Positions 50,001-62,964 of a stretch of DNA of 64,000 nucleotides are shown here, piece by piece. The first letter of the stretch is position 1, and each line of letters opens with the position of its first letter. The DNA comes from Lingula anatina (Eukaryota > Animalia > Brachiopoda), in assembly GCA_051362555.1 (NCBI GenBank), contig CM120644.1, forward strand, positions 12,236,567-12,300,566, given 5' to 3'. The notes under the pieces were generated by a model. It was not told where the DNA came from and searched no databases. It was given only the letters and a program-made list of their open reading frames with translations. The translations under genes and the position numbers were made by a program.

Positions 50001-52324
50001 TGCTTTCTAGCAGACTTGGAAAATAACCTAGGTAAGAAAATTGACTGAAAGCAGCAACTGATTTCTAATTACAACACAATGCACTGAAATACATACATTT
50101 TGCAACCCAATCTAGATTACCAGATTTGGCAGTGGACCTTGGAGAAGATGGTCTTAAAGCAGTGCTGACAACTTTAATGTCTGAGGGTGTCCTAACACAG
50201 AAGGAGGTGAAGGCCGTGCTTCATGAATCACAGCGACAGGTGTCTCGCAGGATGGAAGTTCTTCTTCAAAAGTTAAGCGACAAAGTACCCTATTTATGTC
50301 ATGACCCCTTTTCAAAGTTCAAGAAAGCTGTGTATGAGATTGAAAGGGAAAGGCGTTTGGGTAAGGAACTATTTTCTCTAAATTAAAGTAACATAATTTA
50401 GAGACATTTAATTAACATTATGTTTGCCTTTGTTAACAGCACTATTTTTAAAAGGCTAAATTATTTATTTTTTATCAATTTATCCTCCATGTTGGCACCA
50501 TACAGTTAAGGGTCATGTAACATCACTAGAGAATGTACACCAACATAAATAAGGGTACGCCATGCAATTGTTTTCATTTAAAATTTGCACACTTATCATT
50601 TGATGCTAAAAGTCTGGAGAAGGGTTTTGAATGAATTACGGTATTATCATGGAGAATATTGGTGCTGTAAATGTTACCCGAATTGAGCTACGAAATACGG
50701 AATGAGATACGAATAAAGGGAACCGGAGAAGATCAGCATTGGTCAGAATTGTGCCGGAAGTGACGTGCAGTGGTGTTAGAAACGAAGCTGAGTGGTCATT
50801 TTAACATAGAGGTGAACGGCAGTGAAGACGGGTTGTCGGAGGAAAAAGAAGTTTTCTAAACAACATGGTAAGATAACACTTTTTCTTTACGCATTTTGGG
50901 CAGAGAAAACTTGTAGAAATAATAAATGCATGATATGAAAACGTGACACGGAACTTGAAGGTGCAAAATCGTGCTTAATTTGCGGTCAACTTGTTTAGAA
51001 ATAAATGCTGCGTCGACCGCCAGCGCGACAAAAAGGGTAAAGGGGAAATAATTCCCGGGAGTCTATAAATCGTTGTCATGTGGAAATTTGGCATTAATAT
51101 AATCCGATATGTCCATATCTAAGTATTTTTGGGTGTTTTATGGTATGGGCTGCAATTACAACGATGTTTTAGAGGTCTTGAAGGACCTTGTGAAAACCAG
51201 GAAGTAGTTCGTAACTAACAAGTGGAATGTACCGATCTCCGACTGCTGTGCACAGCTGTATCTTTTTTTTAATATATTGACGAATTTTTAGATCTTTATA
51301 TGTCCATCTGGCATGAAATTCCACACACATGATCACACTGATATACCTTTTACACTGGGGAAGGCGCTAATCAGTGACAAATGCCAAGACAAAGGTGACA
51401 TTCTGACAGCCTCTTATCTGAGTTAAAAATCACTGACAAAAGAGACTGGCAATCAATTTCCTCAGGCTGGCAATCATTAGCCTATAGAAATTGGTCATGT
51501 TACATGTTATCTACCTGTGAGAATCGTTTTACCAACTGAGTATTGCATAATAATGTCAATTATTAGTACTTTGAGCTAGTCTTAATTACCTGTCAGCTCA
51601 CCTGAATTCTCTTTTTGTCTTTTTGGGAAGATCTTGTCAGTGAAATGTTTTATTTGTCCTGTGACAAAAATTCGTCAATATATTGAAAAAAAGATACAGC
51701 TGTGCACAGCAGTCGGAGATCGGTACATTTCACTTGTTAGTTACGAACTACTTCCTTGTTTTCACAAGGTCCTTCAAGACCTCTAAAACTTCGTTCTAAT
51801 TGCAGCTCATACACCCCAAAGATACTTAGATATGGACATATCGGATTATATTAATGCCAAATTTCCACATGGCAACGATTTACAGCCTCCCGGGAATTAT
51901 TTTCCATTTACACTCTTTGTCGCAATGGCGGTCGATGCAGCATTCATTTTAAAACAAGTTGACCGCCAATTAAGCACGATTTTGCACCTTCAAGTTCCGT
52001 GTCACGTTTTCATATCATGCATTTATTATTTCTACAAGTTTTCTCTGCCCAAAATGCGTAAAGAAAAAGTGTTATCTTACCATGTTGTTTAGAAAACTTC
52101 TTTTTCCTCCGACAACCCGTCTTCACTGCCGTTCACCTCTATGTTAAAATGACCACTCAGCTTCGTTTCTAACACCACTGCACGTCACTTCCGGCACAAT
52201 TCTGACCAATGCTGATCTTCTCCGGTTCCCTTTATTGTTTCCCCTTTTCTGTATTTTAGGATCAATCGTGAGTTTGAACACAGAGGTGCTTTACAGCAGA
52301 GAGCAGAGACAAGAAACCACGTGA
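41061..52324 (+). CDS. Tandem double ROCO protein (MFHAS1/MASL1-like units), ~2803 aa: 38 LRR-ROC-COR-CARD-CARD-12 LRR-ROC-COR-CARD-CARD; exons 41061-45618, 45777-46047, 46357-49358, 49547-49817, 50116-50360, 52260-52324
   Basis: Each unit has 23-aa LRRs, a P-loop GETC(V/A)GKTS, G2 Thr (RTHV), G3 DFGG, G4 THAD and a COR region ending CPHC..CYHPC. CARD-like exons follow (LRIHG..IL.RLV...ILT.ED...L..IL..KRDSAFYIFC.A(L/I)). Intron phases 1,2,1,2,1 all match; the first CARD exon is 271 nt in both units; total 8412 nt. The last exon is the least certain. Confidence 0.85.
50712..52236. mobile_element. 1.5-kb foldback non-autonomous DNA transposon with ~575-bp inverted arms (50712-51289 and 51666-52236)
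   Basis: AATAAAGGGAACCGGAGAAGATCAGCATTGG ... CCAATGCTGATCTTCTCCGGTTCCCTTTATT. Arms pair throughout, almost perfectly in the outer ~270 bp; ~376-bp spacer; possible TA TSD; AGGG/CCCT ends reminiscent of Kolobok. Confidence 0.9.
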
Positions 52325-54147
52325 TAAACAAATGTGAACAGATGCCATTAACGGTGCACTAAGGGACAAAGATAAACTTCAACTGGTCCCAATTAGGTCC
52401 TCAGATTACAAATCAAAATGTTATTCAAAACAGTTTTGACCAACTACGTACTAAATGTGGCTCCAACCAAGAAGAAAATGAATAGTTTGTAATGCTGTGG
52501 ATATTTGGTGATGTAAAAACCTAGACCAAATGTTTACAACTTTGCCAATGCAACTGTGTGAACAATGACTGTACAGAGTAACACTGGGGCAATTGCGTTT
52601 TCTTTGAGATCTTTTGGCATCTGGTAATAGCATATCAACATCCAGGAATGTACATGTACATTTTGTAAGTGCTCTCATTGGACGGATTATAGAAACTTTG
52701 AGCATGTTTATACAAATGTGGCTTTTCCAGCATTTGATATTTGGCGATTTCTGCTATTACTATGAAGTATTTAGTATATTGGATATTTTGTGCATAAACA
52801 GTTCACTTTCCTTCTAATTTTCAGTATTTTATTATTATTATTATTATATCAAAATTTGAATTTGTGCTATTTGATACATAAACAGCGTATATGCCCCAGG
52901 TAGCTACCAATTTTTTTTAGATTCTGGTGGAAAAGGTTATAGTCATGTAGCTTTAAGGTTACGTGTCAATTGGAATTGCCATTATAACAAGGTCAAATTT
53001 TGCAACTCAAATATTTTGGGAGATATAATATAAATATCTATTTATAGTTTGATCTTATAACAGCCAATGGTTAATACCCAGTACATGTAGTGGATTTTGT
53101 ACAGAAAAAGATTCCTTTGCTTAGTAAGTATTACTCAGCTAACAAAATAATGCTATAAGAACATTGAGGGCACGTTAGGTTTATGTTACCTTAACGTCAT
53201 AAATAATGTTTCCCAGGAAAGTTATGTCAATCATTTTAGAATGTTTATTGGGAAACTATGAATTTTGCATGTCTTTATGTCACATAACTTTTGGGAATTT
53301 TCAATTATAGCTATAGTCATGAATAATCTTATAGATGTATGCTGAAATATAGCAAATACCCTATTAGTATTTGTATGCTAATTTGTTGACAAGTATTAGG
53401 TTCCAATGCTTTTAAATATAATGAATATTTAATGGTATGTATAGTCGAAAGTAATCTCATAAAGATTTGTGTGTTTAAAATATATAGAAGAATATTCTGG
53501 GAGAGCCATGTTACTGCATAAGTAGTTGTCATGTTAGTGAGCAGTCGAGTGAAACCGCCGTTAGAGAGTAGATGTTGACACCAAGTTTAGTAGAGTAAAT
53601 AAAGAGCGAATGAACGGCACGGGTTGGTTTGAAAGGCTTAAAACTTTTAAGTATGGACAGCGTTAACAATATACCAATGTATTTCATAGTATTCGCGGAG
53701 AATACGGTATTTCATAGTATCAAACTTTCGGAGACAGTACATATGGTACCAAGTACGAAGAAGAACAAAACCTTTTACAACATCTTCAAAGGATTATGTT
53801 TATTCTCTACAGCATTGCATTACATTTACACAGTAACATTAAGATAATATTTTAATATATTTTTAAAAAGATGTAAAAATAGGTCCTTATGGACCTGTAG
53901 ATCACCAGTTTATTTGTCTATTTGGAGATATATAATACTCATATCTTGATAAGTTGTGGGTGGACCCTTACATGGATAGTATCAGATGATTGTGATGTAC
54001 TATTCAACGTACTTGAAATAAACCACTTTCTTAAATGTTAATTTCTAAGTAATCTAAAACATATTCCTTCATTCATACACTCAGATATTTTGAAGGCCGT
54101 TGTGTTGTAGAAAGGCGTTTAATATTACAATTATCATTAAAAGAGCT

Positions 54148-54587
54148 CTAAGAGTTACGCTGTATTTTTAAAGTAGCAGCCTGTAATAAGCATGCTTTGT
54201 TGCAGTTTCTCCCTGTAATAGAGGCAAACTTCATGGCTTTACGCTTGTCGCTGTTGCTGACACAGCTGGAGTAATAGCCTGTTAAATGCCATCTCGTACA
54301 GTCCCAATACCACCACCCACCACCGCCTGAAATACATGTAGTAAGCAACATGTTGTATCATTTATCTTTTTTCAGTCATCTCAACAGTGGCCCATTTTTT
54401 TTCCAAATTAAGCAATATGAAGCACGTTAAATTACAGATTTACATTAACTTTGTGGCTAACCAAATAACTGCGGAAGGGCATTTAAAATCCATAAGTAAT
54501 AAAAATAAATAATCTGGTATAAAAAAAAAGGAAAAAAAGAAACAATAGACTACATGTAATTGACGTGAGACTTGATACACTTGGTAC

Positions 54588-54618
<31 letters not shown>

Positions 54619-57600
54619 AAAAATCATCGTGGTTAGTATTAACTAGAAATACTACTTAAGCTAATGTAAGTATTACTTCAGCTAATTGTGCAATGGAATC
54701 ATACCGTGCAGCTCACTACAATCCAGTGACTCTCCTACTTCATTATCATAAGTTCCAAATTTCCAGTTTACATTTTCTGTTAGATAACTATTGCTAGATG
54801 TGTTGTACGAGTCGACACTAATAGCAGCAACCTTATATTTCTGGCTTTCATCTTGGATGCGAAACAGGTTCCATCTGACGTAGTAGGTGTTTCCATCACA
54901 AGACAGCATGTCAATCTGCATTGAGTAATCCCCTTGATTGGTTAATGCGTAGAGAGCATCGTTTCCAAGCCAAAACTGCTCACGTGGGTCACCAAACCCA
55001 ACTTTATATGCATTCCAATTTCTGTGGAAAGACATGGTGCTGTTGTATCGACTCATCACAACAATCCATCCGTCGTCGCAATAAACTTCTTTTTGACCAA
55101 AGCCATCTATATCAATGGACGCTAAACCTGAACCCTCTGGAAAGGCACGATAATTTCGTTCAAAAGGGCGTTTAAAGTTACATTTGAACTGAACATCGGT
55201 GGAGCGGGGATTCGCATATAAACCACTTCTACTCGTTTCTTATATGACTCAAATAAGGTCGACATACCAAGGTATAAATTGAATGAATCACTCAATCAGC
55301 CATAAAATAGCTTTAGACTGCTCCTTTCTTTAAATTCTTGGTCAGAAATCTAACCTACTTATGTGACCCACTTACTGTCCCATGTATATACAGCAAACAA
55401 AGCTAGCAGAAAAATCCATAATTTTACAGGTAATATTAAAAGTGCCTTTTGGTAATTCTCTTAGTTATACTATTCGAAACTACACACACTGGACAATAGA
55501 AGTGTCACCCCTACTGAACCAATACTTTGGGGGAGATAAATGACTGTGGAATGATAAGCTCCTGGTATCATTTTACTAACATCAAATTTCACAAAAAAAC
55601 CAACAATACAATTCCATGGTACAGCGGTTTTATACTCATTAGTCACATTATAAGTAGACCAGGCATTATAACTTTGATTACTCTGATTCAGGGGGTGACA
55701 CTTCTATTGCCCAGTGTGTGTATATGCTGGCATTTGGTTGGTTTTTGAGGCAAATAAATTGACTTCATATGCATCTTTAAACTCTCTATCCTTACTTTAC
55801 TTACAGCTTTTACACTCTACCATTTATGGTGTGTTCAAAAATAAAAAAAAAAAAACGAATTCAAATTTATCACGACCATACAGCCCCTGGTACCTACCAA
55901 GATCATTGCAATCCTTTTCCACCTGCAAAATAATGTATTTTTAAATACATTCAATTCAGGTTGAGACTTTATTTAGCAAAGGAAAATTCTGTAATTTTCA
56001 TCACTTTCCCTTTATCACCAAGCTACTTCGTATTAAAACCCATTGACTAAATTACGATCTTTAAAACCATTTTTTAGTTCACAAAGATGGAGACTGGTGA
56101 ATGTCGCTCGTTGCCATACAGTGTACAAACAGGAATTCACAATTCAAAACTTATTCCGATATACGTGTAGATCGCAATTTTCTCAACAGTATGATACATG
56201 TATACCCCGGCAAATAAGGCAAAATTCTTAAAATTCCCAGGATAAAAAAAAGTTATTTTACAATATAAAATTCTTACAAACATCTTGAAGAAAAGTCTGC
56301 GTTCTGTATATCTAGCAATTGAATAACTCGGTTTTATGCCTCGCAATAATACAAGTGCGTAAGGAATACTGCAACACATGTATCTACTCTAAAGATTTGA
56401 CATTTTCAAAAGAAAGGCATTGTTTTCCGTTAGGGATGGGTATCTGTCTTTGAAACTGCTGCACAGGTTTACCTACCTGTTATACGTAAAGTACGCACCG
56501 CCTTCATATTGTAATAGTGTGACACGATCGAGTGCCTTTCGGTAATTCAGCTCACAGTCCCCTATAAATATAATGGACGGAAGCTATAGCCGATGCCTAT
56601 TTGTATCCCATGTAGGTTTTCCGAATATCGAGATTTTGGTTTTGGTTTACGTGTACATTGATTTAAAGCTACTGACAATTTGATTCTGCAAGTCATGCGT
56701 GGCCCAAAGGAGATTCATGTATTTGTAGTACGCGGAGGAACAAACGCTATGAGGTAGGTGACATTGCTGATGCTAATTGTGTGTAAATTTGGTGACATTT
56801 GGTAGGGTCTTTTCGATTTAATGGACATTTTTTACCTCTTGGGAAATCACATTGGAACATCAACATAGAGAGGGGGGTACATGTTATATTGATAAATCGT
56901 TTTAAAATGGATATAGTAAACGGTATTTTGTATTTCCGCACCATAATTCAAGTACGATATGATATCTGTACATGTATAACAAACACTGTTAATAACAGTT
57001 ATACATATACGAGGTGACCATTTGTAAATAAAAGCACTTGGAACTGGAGGTGGAACAACCTTTTTAACGAATGGTGTGCCGGGTATTTATGCATGACCCG
57101 GTGACATATCAGACGAAGAGCCAGAGTAAATTGCAAGTGCATTTATCAAATAAATGAAGTATAAAGTCTGAAAAAATCGCCGGGTCATGTACATAATATA
57201 CCTTGTCTCCTGCATTGTTTTGCATTAATTTAGTTAAATTAAATTAGTTTAAGACTTAAAATCAATAAAATCACAAATCTACAAATATTACAAACATTTT
57301 TTAGACTCCGAAATTTTACGGCAATACGAAAATTAACGTGCAGTTTTTGATTTTTTTATTCCAGTTTCACTTTTTTACTTTTTACGCTGGTTTGTACAGT
57401 GAAGCCTGGGAACTGAAAATTAATGTTGTATGCGTTTGATATATATGATCAAGCTAATGAACAGCAGCAGCTGATGTAACAATATTAAATGTATTCCCAT
57501 TATACAACAGTTAACATTGATTTCACAATGTTCAATGGGTTCCCATAATACAACAGCAACGGTTGTCACAATAGTGAATATATTCCCATTATATGACAGT

Positions 57601-57950
57601 ACAATGTAACTACAGTATTAATGTCACAATGTCCAATGCCTTTCGATTATATAACAGCAACAGTTTATTTGAGAAAACTAAACACCTTACCTTGTTTACT
57701 ACATTGTAGGTGCATTTTCGTAGTAATTACAAGATACACATGTTTCCAAGTTTGCACATTTTACAACACAGCCGATAGCGCTTCCCGCCGTCACCGTCTT
57801 CCAGACAGAGAATGGTAAGATGAAGTCTTTTGTGGCGGCAAAATGTGTGTAATGAACATTGCTTTGTACCTGATGTATTACTAGTGCAAGTCGCAAGAAA
57901 ACTATAAATTTTTCCAGATAACTCTTTGGCACGTAGAATCCCATGTTCAT
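54148..57950 (-). CDS. Secreted PAN/apple-like + fibrinogen-related domain (FReD) protein, apparent frameshift in exon 1; exons 57950-57691, 55922-55898, 55136-54705, 54326-54148
   Basis: FReD motifs KDC..SG..VYCD.GWIV..R..SFHRNWNAYKVGFGD..FWLGNDALY.LT..FGTYDN..C..GGWWY..C..L.G. Exon 1 has a hydrophobic N-terminus and C-x3-C-x5-C-x2-CNY. Exons 2-4 are phase-consistent; exon 1 needs +1 nt near 57715. Confidence 0.8.
55170..55275 (-). repeat. Dispersed repeat end, inverted copy of ~29535-29638
   Basis: TTATTTGAGTCATATAAGAA..TAGAAGTGGTTTA.ATG..CGCTCCACC.ATG.TC.GTTC..ATGTA.CTTTAA is shared. Confidence 0.6.
55483..55720. mobile_element. 238-bp Tc1/mariner-type MITE in a FReD intron
   Basis: TA|CACACACTGGACAATAGAAGTGTCACCCC ... 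GGGGTGACACTTCTATTGCCCAGTGTGTG|TA: 29-bp TIR with one mismatch, TA TSD. Confidence 0.9.
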
Positions 57951-59035
57951 GTTTCGGAGGCCTGCTGCTGATTACCATTTGCTTCTTAATTAATTTATTG
58001 TAAAACAGGTGCCCTCCGGTGACGTCATCACGCAGAGCTGTGTCCTTGCTTTACCAATGTAACCCGTGCTTTCAGGATCTAATAATATTTGCATTATACG
58101 CGATGAGTATTTTAAAAGTTGGATTTCTCCTTTGGCCGATGCAGATTTGCTATTAACATGTTATCTTCTCGATTTCAGTCTCTGTCACGGAGACAATGAG
58201 TTTGGTGGCGTCAGTGCACGGCACTGCTAAGTTTTGACCTTCAGTAGAAGTTTTGATCACAATCGATATATTTGTCAGGCGGTTGAATGATTGACAAAGA
58301 CACATTTTGGTTCTCAATCAGCCTTACTTTCTTGAGATGCATAAACTCTGGTATACTTATGTAGTGTTTCATTGTCTCAGCGCGTCTAGTTTGTGTATGA
58401 AAGTGTCTTTTGAATGTGTGGAGTGTGCCTTGAGTCTCTCTTTGAATAGCGGTGTTATAACCCTATTTATACTGTATAGAGAGTCTTTCTATTCCAAATA
58501 GAGACTATGGGTTCTACATACTAGTAAATCTAATAATACAACCACAACATTGAAATATAAACCGCTTTGATATTCTCTTCTGAACATTAAACATTGGTTC
58601 TCGTTAGAAAAACTATGTGTCTGGCTAAGTTATAAATTACAAACTCGAAACATATGTAATAAATGAAGATTTAAAGAAAATAAATGTATATACTGTATAA
58701 ACTGACCAAGAGACAGCTGGTTTAAAATACCTGCTGAAGGTAACAGTGGTGGGCAATCCTGAATGACACGATAATTTAATAAAGACTACTTTTAGTAATA
58801 CCGAAAGGAGACACGTTAATAAGCAATCTTTGACAAGAACTCGTTAAAGCTAAGTACATGTTGTTTTGCAGTATTTACGATCTCTAAAATTGTTTAGTTC
58901 ACGAAGATGAAAACTACATGGTGAAAATCACTTGTTGCCGTACAAACAGGAATTCAGAATACAAAACTAATTTCATTATAGACTGCAATTTTGCCAAAAG
59001 GTTGATATACCCTAGCGATTAAGCCAAAAATAATA

Positions 59036-59876
59036 AACAAGGCAGCAAAGCTGTCAAATGTACAGACAAAAAACAGAAAATAAAGATGCAAAAAAGGTCA
59101 TTTTGTCAATTTTGATGCAATAATAAATAATGCTTATAATAGCACTGTCAGTCAACACTGAATTTTAATCTTGTACAACGGGTAACATGGTCAATAACAG
59201 GAGCAGACCCAGAGATATTTTCTGACAGTATTCCAAAGTATCTATGTTGATCCATCCTCCATTTTGATGGTCTTCCAACAGAAAAAAATAGATACCAGTC
59301 AATATTAACTTAATAACCTGACTGTCTTCCGGAAGACCCAGAAGATGGTCTCAATCCACCCCTTCAATAAGATTACAGTTTCAGGACCATGAGAGTTCAA
59401 ATTCACATTATGAAAGTCTCAATATTTGAAAAATGATGACAGTGCATAAAATAATATTACATAATGTTTAAAGACATAAAAAACAATACAACTGCTTATG
59501 TAGAAATACAGAAAATGTGCAGAGCCCCAGGCAGATGAGAGTTAAAAGTCACAAATGCAAGTGTTTGAGAAAAAATTATAAAGGAAAACAACAAAACTAG
59601 AAAAGCACTTTGAGAGTGCAGACCTCTGCCAAGGCAGCAATTGTTGATTATTATTGATAATTGATTGATTATTGATCCAGACCACCACCAAAAATTAATC
59701 ATTGTCCTCTTTGGCCCACTTCCGACAGTTCCTGAAAATTTCTGCAAAATTGGTCCATAACTTTTTGTGTTATGTGGATGACAGACAAACAGGGGTGAAA
59801 ATATAACCCCCTTGGCAGAGCTTGAGGTAAATATAATTCCAATGAAGATGCTATTCAAACTTTTAATCTTCCAGTT

Positions 59877-59936
<60 letters not shown>

Positions 59937-62563
59937 CTTATTTGCAATATTAAACAAAATTTACCTGCATAATTATCACTGCTTCCTTATTATTAATCTA
60001 GCAGAGAGCTTTACCTTTGGGAGTTTACAGGGAAATATCAACAAGTGTGCTTTACGTAATCTCATTTAATGGCCTATTAAAGCAAATGACTTTATAACTC
60101 TGAAATTAATCTAGTGATACCCAAGGGTAATTTACAGACTGACCCACTCAAAGGTCTTCAGGCCCATAAGTCACACCTTAAGAAAAGCACAAAACCATAA
60201 TGCCCAAAATAGGAGACTACCAATCCTGAAGCAATAATACATTATGTTTAACTGCACAGTCAACATCAACTTATGCACAACAGGTAACACAGACGAAAGT
60301 AAAAGCATAATGCTCCAGGCCCATCAGAGTTCAAGTTTATACTTAGAAAGTGCCAGAATGAGAAAAATGAAAATTTCACAAAAAAATGCATAAATACAAT
60401 AAACATGATAATCCAATAGAGCTGGTTTTCTCATGAGCTGAAGGCCAATCCTAAAAATCGTACTTGTAAGTTTAAAATTATAATAAGTAGCACAGTTTTC
60501 TTTTCATAATGTTTGCAGTAGCAGTGCAAAAAGATTGTTGTCAATTTTGATGTAACATTACATAATAAATTAGAGAATAATTATCACCAATTTTTGTTTA
60601 TTGACTATAAATAGGATGGACATGTAGAAAATATGATTACCATTTGGCTTCATGTCCATGGGATCTCCGAGTCCCACAATGAATATGCCAAAAAGATAAT
60701 GAATATTACACTAAAATGTATAACTTCCAGAAAAAGAAGCCAATTAGACTGCTTTTCTAACTCAGGCTGCATTTTAGTCCTGTGTTTCTTTTTTGAAAGT
60801 TTGACAGTCATAAGTAACACGGTTTTCCCATAATGGTCATCAAGGCAGCAGCACCAAAAATTGTGTTTTCTTCTATTTTGATGCAACATTACATAATGCT
60901 TAACAGCATACTGACCATCGATTTTTAATAATAAAATATAAGTGTCATGGATTTTCACAAAATGTGACTAGCATGGGTCTTCAAGCCCGTGGAGGTTCTA
61001 AGTCACACCTTGGAAATGCCAATATGTGAAAAATTAAATTTTCACAAAAAACTGTTTAATTGCCAGAAAAATTTACCAAACAGACTGCATTGCCTACTGA
61101 AGCTGTATTTTAGTCCCATGTTTCTTTCCTGTAATTTTGAGAACAGTAAGTGACATGATTTTCCTTAAATGGTCATCATGGGAGCACTGCCCAAAATAGG
61201 GGTTTCTTCAAATTTTGATGCAATATTACATAATGTTTTATAGCATAATGACCATCAATTTTTAATTATAAAATATTAGTATCATGGTTACTCAGAAAAT
61301 GTAACTAGCAAAAGCCTTCAGGCCCATGGAACGTCAAAGTCACATATTGAAAATGCCAAAATGTAAACAAGACAGCACTGTTGTGAAATGGGTTTATTTC
61401 CATTTTTAACACTTTTTTAACATAAAACAAAATAAACAGTTTACTGCCATTTTTATATGACCAATGAAGAAAATTGATGAGATGGGAAAAGTATCAATAC
61501 AACAGTGTTAAATGTCCAACTTCCTCCATTCTGAGATTCTGAACATAGTGGATGATTGAATCTGACAAACTGCAATGATATGAGTTTATTTCCATTTTTG
61601 ACACTTGATTACACAATACATGATAACAAGTTTACCATCATTTTTACAAAATCAACTAACAATTTGTAAAGATGCAGGAAATGTCAAACAAACACTTTTA
61701 CGTATCTTATTAGTTCAATAATGAGACTGTTAACATGCCTAAGAATTGAATGTGAGGAAATGTGAAAAAACAGCATAACTTCTAAAATAATGGACTGATT
61801 ATGCTGATTTTCAAACTCAACCTGCGTTTTAGTAAGATTGGCCCCTCCTGTGAGTATAATGACAATTGGCCAATCTGTTTTTCTTATATTGTGTTATCAG
61901 TGTTGCATATATACTGAAAAAAGTGAAAAAACAGCATAAATTCCCTATATGTGACCCGATCGTGCTGATTTTCGAACTTGACCTGCGTATTATGAATATT
62001 TATCAGTTCTGTAAGTTTCAAGCCAAAAGGTAAAATGGTTTTCCACTTATCGTGTTATCGGTGCTGCATATATGCTGAAAAAATAGAAAAAATAGCCTAA
62101 ATTCACTAAAAATGACCCAATCACGCTGATTTTCGAACTTGACCTGCGTATTAAGTATATTCATCAGTTCTGTAAGTTTCAAGCCAAAAAGTAAAATGGT
62201 TTTCCACTTATGGTGTTATCGGTGCTGCACATATGCTGAAAAAAGTGAAAAAACAGCATAAATTCCCTATAAGTGACCCGATCATGCTGATTTTCGAACT
62301 TGACCTGCGTATTATGAATATTCATCAGTTCTGAAAGTTTCAAGTCAAAAGGTAAAATGGTTTTCCACTTATCGTGTTATCGGTGCTGCATATATGCTGA
62401 AAAAAGTGAAAAAACAGCATAAATTCCCTAAAAGTGACCCGATCATGCTGATTTTCGAACTTGACCTGCGTATTATGAATATTCATCAGTTCTGCAAGTT
62501 TCAAGTCAAAAGGTAAAATGGTTTTCCACTTATCGTGTTATCGGTAAAAGTGCACGGTGACGG

Positions 62564-62594
<31 letters not shown>

Positions 62595-62646
62595 AGACGC
62601 AGATGATGGCTATATGTACAGACACATCTGTGTCTGTACATAAAAA
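59036..62646 (+). mobile_element. ~3.6-kb Helentron/HINE-like element, copy 2
   Basis: Same termini and near-identical sequence to 15435-19230; 4 rather than 5 copies of the ~161-bp unit (61974, 62135, 62296, 62457). Confidence 0.85.
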
Positions 62647-62964
62647 TGAATAGAGTGATTTTTAAAAAAAATGTTTATAAGTTTAAAGTTAACTCGCATC
62701 AATTTTAGTTCAGAAATGGGATGTTTTTGTTTTTAACAGATGGAAAAGACATTTTCTACCAGCCTTCCAAGTTCCAAATTTTGATTGGCGGATAGTGCGT
62801 CAGCTAATACACAGAGGCATGCGTCTATTGGAATAGGGCGAAAGAAAGGGTTTATTGAACAGATTTGTACAGATCATGGGTAAGACAAAACAGATTTTGT
62901 GTATACTGGTAGCATCTTCACGAATCCAAGAAACTAACAAGCAGTTTTCTTCTATTTTGGCCAA

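Noticed and set aside
51832-52092. 86-aa ORF in the foldback arm as a transposase remnant
   Set aside because: No DDE or THAP motif is visible.
53330-53780. Possible solo LTR (AATAAA, ends ACAACA)
   Set aside because: No clear 5' TG boundary, TSD or second copy.
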